UHGV virus genome: UHGV-0185895
Length of the DNA stretch: 13,887 bases
DNA from: a virus
Reading direction: 5' to 3' (one strand)
Within the stretch, counting starts at the first letter, position 1. Every line of letters begins with the position of its first letter. A program made the position numbers and the translations under genes. Below, one piece after another: positions 1-6,770 of the stretch. The notes under the pieces were generated by a model, which ran no database searches, was not told the origin of the DNA, and saw only the letters and a list, made by a program, of their open reading frames with translations.

Positions 1-80
1 TTCCGAGTTGGGGCGTGGGTGCCCCCCCCGGCCGGGTTAAGCCATAACCGGCGACGTACACTACCCGGAAACGCATTCAT
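1..80 (-). CDS. Partial leftward ORF (start at complement 78-80, runs off the window); unknown, possibly the first gene of the leftward early operon
   Basis: ATG on the minus strand at 78-80, downstream of the PL-like promoter; visible translation MNAFPGSVRRRLWLNPAGGGTHAPTR contains an RRR cluster; only 26 codons visible and no clear RBS. Confidence 0.2.
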   Translation of the reverse strand, partial: MNAFPGSVRRRLWLNPAGGGTHAPTR

Positions 81-203
81 TGAACGGGTTTGGCTCGTCA
101 CGTGCGCATAGCCGCAATTACCACAACTGGAAGCGCACTCCTTCAGTAACAAACCAGTCCCCACGACGGATGAAGATGGAATGCGCTTTCATGTTGTTTC
201 TTT

Positions 204-238
204 TAGGTACATTATGTATCTGATAGGTACATTGTCAA
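204..238 (-). promoter_or_regulatory. PL-like leftward promoter overlapped by operator repeats
   Basis: Minus strand reads TTGACA (complement of 233-238), 16-nt spacer, CATAAT (complement of 211-216); direct repeat TAGGTACATT at 204-213 and 224-233 carries the same GGTACA half-site as the operators between the repressor and cro genes. Confidence 0.45.
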
Positions 239-242
239 GCGT

Positions 243-268
243 AAAAAAACCTGCCGCAGCAGGTTTTG
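243..268 (-). terminator. Rho-independent terminator downstream of the repressor gene, possibly bidirectional
   Basis: A7 run 243-249, 5-6 bp GC stem (cctgc / gcagg) with cgca tetraloop 250-263, T4 run 264-267; on the minus strand the hairpin is followed by a U7 run, directly after the repressor stop at 278-280. Confidence 0.5.
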
Positions 269-277
269 AGGGAAGGA

Positions 278-952
278 TTAATTTTTTATTCTATATCTTC
301 TTGGTTTTCCTGAAAAAATCACGGTTCCAATGATTGAGCAATTACCGTTGATTTTTATATAGGGTTCAGGCCAGTTCGAATTAAGAGCTTTTAAATAACG
401 GTTACCGGCATCTTCAATCAGGCGCTTAAATGTTGTTTCTCCAGAGTCGTGCATCAAAGCGATAACATCATCGCCATGGACTGCGGGGACCTCAGGGTCA
501 ACAAAAATCATATCACCAGGGCGATACTCATCGATCATGGAGTCGCCAATTACTCGAAGGATGTATGTCATCGGGCCACAAGGGACAGGACAGGGATAGT
601 TTTCCGTACTATTCAAATCTACCTCAGCATAACCAACTTCGGTCCATGCTCCTGCCTGTACCCAGGATATAACCGGAACCATCGTGATATTTCTATTTGT
701 ATCGGAGACATCAGGGGCCTTTGCCACGTTTGTGGTTTGGTGTTCTTGATCTAACCACCCAGTTGGCAAGTCGAAACATTTTTCAATGTGCCTTGCCATA
801 GCATCGCCGATGTTTTTTGTCGCGCCGTCCCCCATGAACCGGCTTGTTTGAGTAGGCTCGCGATCAATCATATTGGCAAAAAAAGTATTTCCACCAACAC
901 CATCTCTCAACTTTCTGGCGTTTAAACGCCTGATTTCCTGGATTGTTTTCAT
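278..952 (-). CDS. cI: CI-like prophage repressor (N-terminal HTH, C-terminal S24/LexA-type autopeptidase domain)
   Basis: 224-aa ORF; C-terminal domain has the Ser motif VIGDSM and a downstream Lys (TTFKRL), plus a candidate Ala-Gly autocleavage site (WVQAGAW); divergent from cro across an operator-rich intergenic region; no SD upstream of the ATG, consistent with a leaderless message. Confidence 0.88.
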   Translation of the reverse strand: MKTIQEIRRLNARKLRDGVGGNTFFANMIDREPTQTSRFMGDGATKNIGDAMARHIEKCFDLPTGWLDQEHQTTNVAKAPDVSDTNRNITMVPVISWVQAGAWTEVGYAEVDLNSTENYPCPVPCGPMTYILRVIGDSMIDEYRPGDMIFVDPEVPAVHGDDVIALMHDSGETTFKRLIEDAGNRYLKALNSNWPEPYIKINGNCSIIGTVIFSGKPRRYRIKN

Positions 953-1039
953 AGGGAAATTAAACCGCGTGTACCGTAAAGGTACAAGTACCTTGAAGGT
1001 TCATTTCTTTCGTGTAATATGTACACAGGAGGTACATAT
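953..1039. promoter_or_regulatory. OR-like divergent operator/promoter region (rightward PR and leftward PRM candidates)
   Basis: Perfect palindromes TGTACCGTAAAGGTACA (970-986), GGTACAAGTACC (981-992) and ATATGTAC-N7-GTACATAT (1017-1039, overlapping the cro RBS); rightward candidate TTGAAG (993-998), 16-nt spacer, TAATAT (1015-1020); leftward candidate -10 TTTAAT (complement of 959-964) a few nt before the repressor ATG. Confidence 0.6.
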
Positions 1040-1240
1040 ATGAAAGAGTTTTGGGATTCATTAACCAAAGAACAACAGAGCAAATTAGCAACAAACGTTG
1101 GCTCCACTACCGGTTACCTACGTTTGGTTTTCAATGGCTACAAGAAAGCTGGTTTTGACCTAGCAAAAAAGTTGGAGAAAAGCACCTCCGGTGCCATCAC
1201 CAGATCGCAGCTTAGGCCAGATATCTATTCCAAAACATAA
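1040..1240 (+). CDS. cro: Cro-like / YdaS-family small HTH regulator
   Basis: 66 aa from the ATG at 1040 with AGGAGG RBS at 1028-1033; small HTH-type protein ending ...GAITRSQLRPDIY, typical of Cro/YdaS-type regulators; divergent from the repressor gene. Confidence 0.75.
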   Translation: MKEFWDSLTKEQQSKLATNVGSTTGYLRLVFNGYKKAGFDLAKKLEKSTSGAITRSQLRPDIYSKT

Positions 1241-1284
1241 CAGGTACTTGCAACAGCAAGAACCACAGAAAAAGGGGGGGAACC

Positions 1285-1842
1285 GTGGGTAATGAGCCAA
1301 TTTGGAAAGTAGAGCGTCAACCAGCCTGGTTGGTGGCCGCGATCAAGAAAACGATTACTGAACTGCCTGGAGGTTATGCCGAGGCGGCTGAATGGCTGGG
1401 TATAACTGAAAACGCCTTATTCAACCGCCTGCGCGTCGCTGGTGATCAGATCTTCCCGCTTGAGTGGGCGATGGTGCTGCAGCGTGCTGGTGGCGCAAGT
1501 CACATCACCGATGCGGTCGCGCGCCAGTCCGGCGGGGTCTTTGTTCCGCTAGCGGATATTGAAGAAGTGGATAAAGCAGATATCAATCAGGGACTGCTTG
1601 AGGTTATCGAACAGATTACAGCCTATTCGCAACAGATTCGGGTAGCGATCGAAGATGGTGTGATTGAGCCGCATGAACGCGCGGCGATCGATGGAGAGCT
1701 GTATAGCTCTATTCAAAAACTTCAGGAGCATTCGATTCTTGTTTATCGCATTTTCTGCCAGCCAGAAAAGAGTGACGCCCGCGAGTGTGCAGCTCCGGGC
1801 GTCGTGGCGAATAAATCAATGTGTATGGAGAAATCCGCATGA
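1285..1842 (+). CDS. Phage early regulatory protein, YdaT-like / CII-analogue (family assignment tentative)
   Basis: 185-aa ORF with GTG start and a G-rich RBS; sits immediately after the cro-like gene as in repressor/ydaS/ydaT arrangements; family assigned from synteny and general resemblance only. Confidence 0.45.
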   Translation: MGNEPIWKVERQPAWLVAAIKKTITELPGGYAEAAEWLGITENALFNRLRVAGDQIFPLEWAMVLQRAGGASHITDAVARQSGGVFVPLADIEEVDKADINQGLLEVIEQITAYSQQIRVAIEDGVIEPHERAAIDGELYSSIQKLQEHSILVYRIFCQPEKSDARECAAPGVVANKSMCMEKSA

Positions 1843-2036
1843 GCAATTTAACCGCAAATATCCCGCGTTCGCAACTCCGCGCATTGCCGGTTCGTGGTGG
1901 CAAAGGCGCGGTCACGTATTGCTATGCCGTAAGAGTACCCGGTGGCTGGGAAGAGGTGAACCACAGTTTTACCGAGTGGGCTGTGGGTGACTATAGATCC
2001 AGAGGAGTGAAACCGAATGACTCAGCAATCAATTAA
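1839..2036 (+). CDS. Hypothetical small phage protein
   Basis: 65 aa from the ATG at 1839; ATGA start/stop overlap with the upstream gene (translational coupling); GGAG 10 nt upstream. Confidence 0.55.
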   Translation: MSNLTANIPRSQLRALPVRGGKGAVTYCYAVRVPGGWEEVNHSFTEWAVGDYRSRGVKPNDSAIN

Positions 2037-2721
2037 TCGTGCCCCGGCTGTTGGATTTTCCCCTGTGTTCGGCGGCGTAGTGACAATGAGCAGTCGGGAA
2101 ATCGCCGCTCTGGTTCAGAGTAAACATGGTGATGTCAAACGCTCCGCTGAGCGCCTGAAAGCTGCTGGTCTTTTAACCGCGCCGTTGGCGCAGTTCGATT
2201 TTGAGCATAACGGAAACGTGTATAAGGAGTACCGCTTCAATAAGCGCGACTCATTGGTTTTGGTTGCCCGTCTGTCTCCTGAGTTTACCGCGGCGGTTGT
2301 GGATCGCTGGCAGGAGCTTGAGAACAAATCGGCCATTCCTCAAACGTTACCTGAAGCCTTGCGACTCGCTGCCGATATGGCTGAACAGAATGCGCAGCTG
2401 GCGCATAAGGTTCAGCAGGATGCGCCTAAGGTAGCGTTTGTAAACCACTACGTAGAGTCCGGCGGTGCCAAAAGTCTGCGTGAGACGGCGAAGATCCTCA
2501 ACATGCCAGAAAAGGCCATGATTGACACGCTACTGCGTGACAAGGTGCTGTTTCGCCAGTCCGGCAATCTGCTCCCTCATGCCCTGCGCCAGCGTGAAGG
2601 TCTGTTTACCGTCAAAACGGGTACTTCAGATTTTGGTCATGCCTACACCCAAACGCGAGTAACCCCCCGCGGCGTCCAGTGGATTGCACAGCGCTATGCC
2701 TCTGAACTGATGGGAGGCTGA
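2017..2721 (+). CDS. Rha-family phage regulatory protein / antirepressor with KilA-C-type C-terminal domain
   Basis: N-terminal segment [26 protein letters not shown] is typical of Rha proteins; C-terminal half ([23 protein letters not shown]...) resembles antirepressor C-terminal domains; GAGGAG RBS at 2002-2007. Confidence 0.8.
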   Translation: MTQQSINRAPAVGFSPVFGGVVTMSSREIAALVQSKHGDVKRSAERLKAAGLLTAPLAQFDFEHNGNVYKEYRFNKRDSLVLVARLSPEFTAAVVDRWQELENKSAIPQTLPEALRLAADMAEQNAQLAHKVQQDAPKVAFVNHYVESGGAKSLRETAKILNMPEKAMIDTLLRDKVLFRQSGNLLPHALRQREGLFTVKTGTSDFGHAYTQTRVTPRGVQWIAQRYASELMGG

Positions 2722-2722
2722 T

Positions 2723-2902
2723 GTGGAAGAGCATATTCAACCGATGGACCTACTTTATCGTGACCAACACGGCATCGTTGTGCATGTGACTGGATACGAC
2801 GCTGGCCGCCAGCGTGTTATTTACCGCCGCCCGGGATATGAGTGGGAGTGTGCTGCTCCGATGATCATCTTCCGCGCCCGATTCAAGAGGATTGATAAGT
2901 GA
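2723..2902 (+). CDS. Possible small ORF (59 aa from GTG 2723, or 52 aa from ATG 2744), not in the supplied ORF track
   Basis: GGGAGG 5 nt upstream of GTG 2723; its TGA stop (2900-2902) overlaps the GTG start (2899) of the replication gene as GTGA; fills an otherwise 177-bp gap in a tightly packed operon. Confidence 0.35.
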   Translation: MEEHIQPMDLLYRDQHGIVVHVTGYDAGRQRVIYRRPGYEWECAAPMIIFRARFKRIDK

Positions 2903-3780
2903 GCGTTAAATTATCCGCATATGTCTGGGATGGTTGCGCCGCGGCAGGCATCAAAGGCAATAAATTACTGATCATGCTTCGCCTGGCTGATTACGCCAGT
3001 GATGAGGGGATCGCATACCCAAGCGTTGCGACGATTGCGCGCCAGCTCGGCGCCGGGCGCAGTACCGTTATCACTTTGATCGGCGAGCTGGTTAAAGATG
3101 GCTGGCTGACCAAAAAAGAACGGCGTCTCGGTCAGCGCAGCACCAGCAATCTCTACACCTTGAATGTGGCTAAGCTGCGGCAGGCTGCAAATGAACATTA
3201 TGAGGGTCCAAAATCTGGACGTTCAGAATCTGAACCTTCGGAATCTGGACGTCCAGAAACTGAACGTCCGAAAGAGCCAAAAAAACAGGGTTCTCAGGGT
3301 CCAGAAACTGGACACGATCCGTCAGTAAATTCAAAACCAGATCCATCAGTAGGATCTAAACCCCTTTGTCCGGTTCCTGCGGAACCCGACCCGGAAGTGG
3401 TTATTACCGATCTTGCTAAGCAGGCCCTTTCACACCTGAACCTCACAACCGGTTCACGTTTTCAGGTATGCAAAACCTCCCTGGAACATATCCGGGGGAG
3501 GCTGCGCGAAGGATTTACACCTGACGAACTGGCGCTGGTGGTCGATTACAGCGCTGAGAAGTGGGGAAAAGATCTAAAAATGGCTGAATATCTGCGACCA
3601 ACCACGCTCTTTCTGCCGTCAAAATTCCCTGGATATCTCCAGTCTGCAACCAAGTGGGCCGCTGCCGGTCGCCCGAAATGTGTTGATGGAAAATGGGCTA
3701 AAGCCGGAAGTGAAGACCAGGCATTCAAGTCCAGCTATTCAGATGTCAATTACACCGTGCCAAAAGGATTCCGTTCATGA
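2899..3780 (+). CDS. Phage replication initiator-like protein (N-terminal HTH domain plus conserved phage C-terminal domain)
   Basis: 293 aa; N-terminal region (YVWDGCAAAGIKGNKLLIMLRLADYASDEGIAYPSVATIARQLGAGRSTVITLIGELVKDGWL) resembles replication-initiator HTH domains; low-complexity Ser/Pro/Glu linker encoded by iteron-like DNA repeats; GTG start. Confidence 0.7.
   Translation: MSVKLSAYVWDGCAAAGIKGNKLLIMLRLADYASDEGIAYPSVATIARQLGAGRSTVITLIGELVKDGWLTKKERRLGQRSTSNLYTLNVAKLRQAANEHYEGPKSGRSESEPSESGRPETERPKEPKKQGSQGPETGHDPSVNSKPDPSVGSKPLCPVPAEPDPEVVITDLAKQALSHLNLTTGSRFQVCKTSLEHIRGRLREGFTPDELALVVDYSAEKWGKDLKMAEYLRPTTLFLPSKFPGYLQSATKWAAAGRPKCVDGKWAKAGSEDQAFKSSYSDVNYTVPKGFRS
3212..3316. repeat. Iteron-like direct repeats inside the replication initiator gene; candidate origin of replication
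   Basis: AATCTGGACGTTCAGAATCTGAACC (3212-3236) and AATCTGGACGTCCAGAAACTGAACG (3242-3266) are 30 bp apart with about 22/25 identity; a third partial copy TCCAGAAACTGGAC lies at 3300-3313; perfect 12-bp palindrome CTGGACGTCCAG at 3245-3256. Confidence 0.45.
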
Positions 3781-4034
3781 AATCGCAGGTTATATCACTA
3801 ACCCCTGAACAACTGCGCCGCCAGGCTGAAGACATGCTCAAACGTGCCGAACAACTGGAAAAGACGGGGGCCACAAAGGACGCGCTTAAAAAAGCGCTGG
3901 TACCGGCGTTGCGTGAACTGATGCAGGCCAAACATCGCGCACAGCTGGCAGTTGATGAGCTGGTTGATAGTGTTGCAGATCTGGAAGGCCGAGTGTCTCA
4001 TGTCGAGAAAGTAGTGCAGGAGGTGCTGGCGTGA
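3777..4034 (+). CDS. Hypothetical small, predicted coiled-coil protein
   Basis: 85 aa; ATGA overlap with the upstream stop and GTGA overlap with the downstream start; charged heptad-like sequence. Confidence 0.55.
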   Translation: MKSQVISLTPEQLRRQAEDMLKRAEQLEKTGATKDALKKALVPALRELMQAKHRAQLAVDELVDSVADLEGRVSHVEKVVQEVLA

Positions 4035-4927
4035 CGAATGCATATTGTGAATCGCTGGCGGCCATGCGCGCTGCACCGTCCCATTTTCTGAAAGACGTTG
4101 GTGATCAGTGGCGCACGCCTGATCTGCTGTTCTGGGGCGTTAACGCAATGTTTGGACCGCTGGTACTGGACCTGTTTGCTGACGATAGCAACGCAAAATG
4201 CCCGGTATGGTTCACCGCCGAAGACAACGCGCTGACGCAAGATTGGTCCGCTCGTCTGGAAGAACTTGGCGGCGCTGGCTTTGGCAACCCACCGTATAGC
4301 CGCTCCCAGTACCACGAAAAGCAGGCGATAACTGGCATGACGCACATCATGAATTACGCGTCAGCGCAGCGTGAGAAGGGCGGGCGCTATGTATTTCTCA
4401 TCAAAGCAGCACCGAGCGAAACATGGTGGCCAGAAGATGCCGATCACATCATGTTTATTCGTGGTCGTATTGGATTCGACCTCCCGGCGTGGTTTGTCCC
4501 TGCTGATGATAAGCAAAAGCCCACCAGCGCGTTTTTTGCGGGCGCCATTGCCGTGTTTGATAAGGCCTGGCGCGGGGAGCGGTTCGGCTATATCCACCGT
4601 GCGGATCTGGAAAGGAAAGGGCAAGCGTTCATGATGCTGGCGCAGTTTGCTGTTGGCAATACTCCAGCACAGGTAATGTCGCAGCCGGCGGCAGTAGAAC
4701 CACTCGCAACGCCTACGCAATTACCAGAGACGGAATCGCGTATTTGGCCACTGGAGGTAGGGCTTGTGTTTCGACAGGTAGAAGGATCCGAAGGACTGGA
4801 GCCGTCCCAGCAAAACAAGCTGATGGCGCAAATTAACCAGCTGTGGCTGGAGCGTATGCCCACCAGCGAGATCATCACTGTTGCTGGTGGACTGGTAGAA
4901 AGCATGCAGGGGGTGAGCCATGCGTGA
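4031..4927 (+). CDS. Phage-type DNA N6-adenine methyltransferase with a C-terminal extension of roughly 100 aa
   Basis: 298 aa; catalytic NPPY motif (GFGNPPYS); N-terminal region (WRTPDLLF...LDLFADDSNAKC) resembles phage Dam-family methyltransferases; the C-terminal third has no motif I recognise. Confidence 0.8.
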   Translation: MTNAYCESLAAMRAAPSHFLKDVGDQWRTPDLLFWGVNAMFGPLVLDLFADDSNAKCPVWFTAEDNALTQDWSARLEELGGAGFGNPPYSRSQYHEKQAITGMTHIMNYASAQREKGGRYVFLIKAAPSETWWPEDADHIMFIRGRIGFDLPAWFVPADDKQKPTSAFFAGAIAVFDKAWRGERFGYIHRADLERKGQAFMMLAQFAVGNTPAQVMSQPAAVEPLATPTQLPETESRIWPLEVGLVFRQVEGSEGLEPSQQNKLMAQINQLWLERMPTSEIITVAGGLVESMQGVSHA

Positions 4928-6770
4928 GCTGATTGTTGATAATTTTGCTGGCGGTGGTGGGGCATCTACCGGGATAGAAATGGCGATCGGCCGCAGCGTT
5001 GATATTGCCATTAACCACGACGAAAACGCCGTGGCCATGCACCGGACGAATCACCCGGACACGCTTCATTATTGTGAAAACGTCTTTGACGTTGACCCTG
5101 TCGCTGCGACAGGTGGAAAGGCTGTCTGGTTTGCATGGTTCAGCCCGGATTGTACCCACTATTCAAAGGCGCGCGGCAGTAAACCGGTAAAACGTGAGAT
5201 TCGTGGGCTGGCTTGGGTATCTGTTCGCTGGGCATTGGATGTTCGCCCTCGTGTAATGGCTCTCGAAAATGTTGAAGAATTTAAAACGTGGGGCCCGCTG
5301 CTTTCATGTGAGATGCGTCCTGATCCTAAGCGTTCTGGTGAAACCTTCCTGGCATTTGTTGGAATGCTTTCCACTGGTATACCTGCGGATCACCCGGCTC
5401 TGTACGAATGTTGCGAATTTCTCGGCATATCCTCGGATGGCAAACAAGCCAAACGACTGATTGCTGGCCTCGGGTATAAGGTCGAATATCGCGAACTGCG
5501 TGCCAGTGATTATGGTGCTCCGACGATCCGCAAGCGATTCTTCATGTTGATGCGTTGTGACGATAAACCCATTGCCTGGCCGGGAGTCACTCACGGTGAC
5601 CCTAAATCCGCAGCAGTTAAATCCGGAAATTTGGCACCATGGCGGACAGCTGCTGAGTGTATCGACTGGTCTATTCCTGCACCATCGATATTTGACCGTA
5701 AAAAGCCGCTGGCCATTAACACGTTGAAACGGATAGCGCGCGGCATCCAGCGGTTTGTCGTCGAAAGTGATAATCCGTTCATCGTCAAATGCAACCACAC
5801 CACAACACGCGGTAAATATGATTGCTTCCGCGGACAGTCGCTGGCCGATCCCCTGCAAACCATCACCAAAACCCACGGTTATGCGCTGGCGTTACCGACG
5901 TTGGTTCCATTCCTGGCAGGTAATGGGGGTAGCGAGTACCAGGCGAAACCGCGGCCATTGAATAAACCCGCTCATACCATCCTTAAACAGTCTCGCTCCT
6001 GCCTGGTTGCGCCAGTTATCGCGCGTCAGTTCGGCGCCAGCATCGGCCACCGGGCGGATGAACCCAGCGCAACAATTACCGCTGGCGGCGGGGGGAAGTC
6101 ACAGCTTGTCGCGGCCACACTTATTCAGATGGGGTATGGCGAACGTGTAGGGCAGTCGCCGCGCGTTCTAAATCTGCGTAAACCGCTGGGAACAGTTGTA
6201 GCTGGTGGCAATAAATTTGCCGTAACAACTGCGTTTTTGGCGAAACACTACGGCGGGAACTATACCGGCCCGGGCGTCGGACTGGACGATCCTGCACACT
6301 CAGTTACCACAGTCGATCACCATGCGCTGGTTACGTCTCATCTGGTTAAACTGCGCGGTACCTGCCGCGATGGCCAGCGCACCAGTGAACCAATGCCGAC
6401 AATCACCGCTGGAGGTCAGCATGTTGGAGAGGTTCGCGCGCTGCTGGCGGCTAATGATTACGACGAGCGCCGGGCGGATCAGGTCAAAGAGTTCCTGAAT
6501 TCTTTTGGCGTCAGCGAACTGGTGACGATTAAGGGTATTGTTTACCGCATTGTTGATATCGGAATGCGCATGCTGCAGCCGCATGAACTTTACCGCGCTC
6601 AGGGATTCCCTGACTGGTACATCATTGATCGTGACTACCGCGGCAAGAGGTACTCGAAAGAGAAACAAGTCGCCAGGTGCGGAAACGCCGTGCCGCCGCC
6701 CTTTGCTGAGGCGATTGTAAGAGCAAACCTTCCTGAAATTTGTGTTTCTGGTCGGCGTGAGGTTGCATGA
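4920..6770 (+). CDS. DNA cytosine-5 methyltransferase-like protein with a long repeat-containing variable region
   Basis: 616 aa; motif I FAGGGG, motif VI ENV, motif IX-like RMLQPHELYRAQGFPDWY and motif X GNAV are present in canonical order, but motif IV reads FSPDCTHYS rather than PCQ; ATG overlaps the upstream stop (ATGCGTGA). Confidence 0.8.
   Translation: MRELIVDNFAGGGGASTGIEMAIGRSVDIAINHDENAVAMHRTNHPDTLHYCENVFDVDPVAATGGKAVWFAWFSPDCTHYSKARGSKPVKREIRGLAWVSVRWALDVRPRVMALENVEEFKTWGPLLSCEMRPDPKRSGETFLAFVGMLSTGIPADHPALYECCEFLGISSDGKQAKRLIAGLGYKVEYRELRASDYGAPTIRKRFFMLMRCDDKPIAWPGVTHGDPKSAAVKSGNLAPWRTAAECIDWSIPAPSIFDRKKPLAINTLKRIARGIQRFVVESDNPFIVKCNHTTTRGKYDCFRGQSLADPLQTITKTHGYALALPTLVPFLAGNGGSEYQAKPRPLNKPAHTILKQSRSCLVAPVIARQFGASIGHRADEPSATITAGGGGKSQLVAATLIQMGYGERVGQSPRVLNLRKPLGTVVAGGNKFAVTTAFLAKHYGGNYTGPGVGLDDPAHSVTTVDHHALVTSHLVKLRGTCRDGQRTSEPMPTITAGGQHVGEVRALLAANDYDERRADQVKEFLNSFGVSELVTIKGIVYRIVDIGMRMLQPHELYRAQGFPDWYIIDRDYRGKRYSKEKQVARCGNAVPPPFAEAIVRANLPEICVSGRREVA

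Noticed and set aside
121-195. 24-aa minus-strand ORF (MKAHSIFIRRGDWFVTEGVRFQLW) just downstream of the PL-like promoter
   Set aside because: Too short and without RBS or motif; more likely leader sequence of the leftward transcript.
449-754. 101-aa plus-strand ORF in the ORF track
   Set aside because: Lies entirely antisense within the repressor gene, which has clear domain signatures; no RBS and no recognisable motifs.
1664-1990. 108-aa plus-strand ORF, plus overlapping minus-strand ORFs 1549-1731 and 1709-1915
   Set aside because: Alternative-frame or antisense ORFs inside the YdaT-like gene and the following small gene; the translationally coupled in-frame gene chain explains the region better.
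5304-5876. 190-aa minus-strand ORF (and other 60-125 aa antisense ORFs between 3546 and 7939)
   Set aside because: Embedded antisense in the methyltransferase and DUF968 genes, whose conserved motifs define the true frame; typical spurious ORFs of GC-rich coding DNA.
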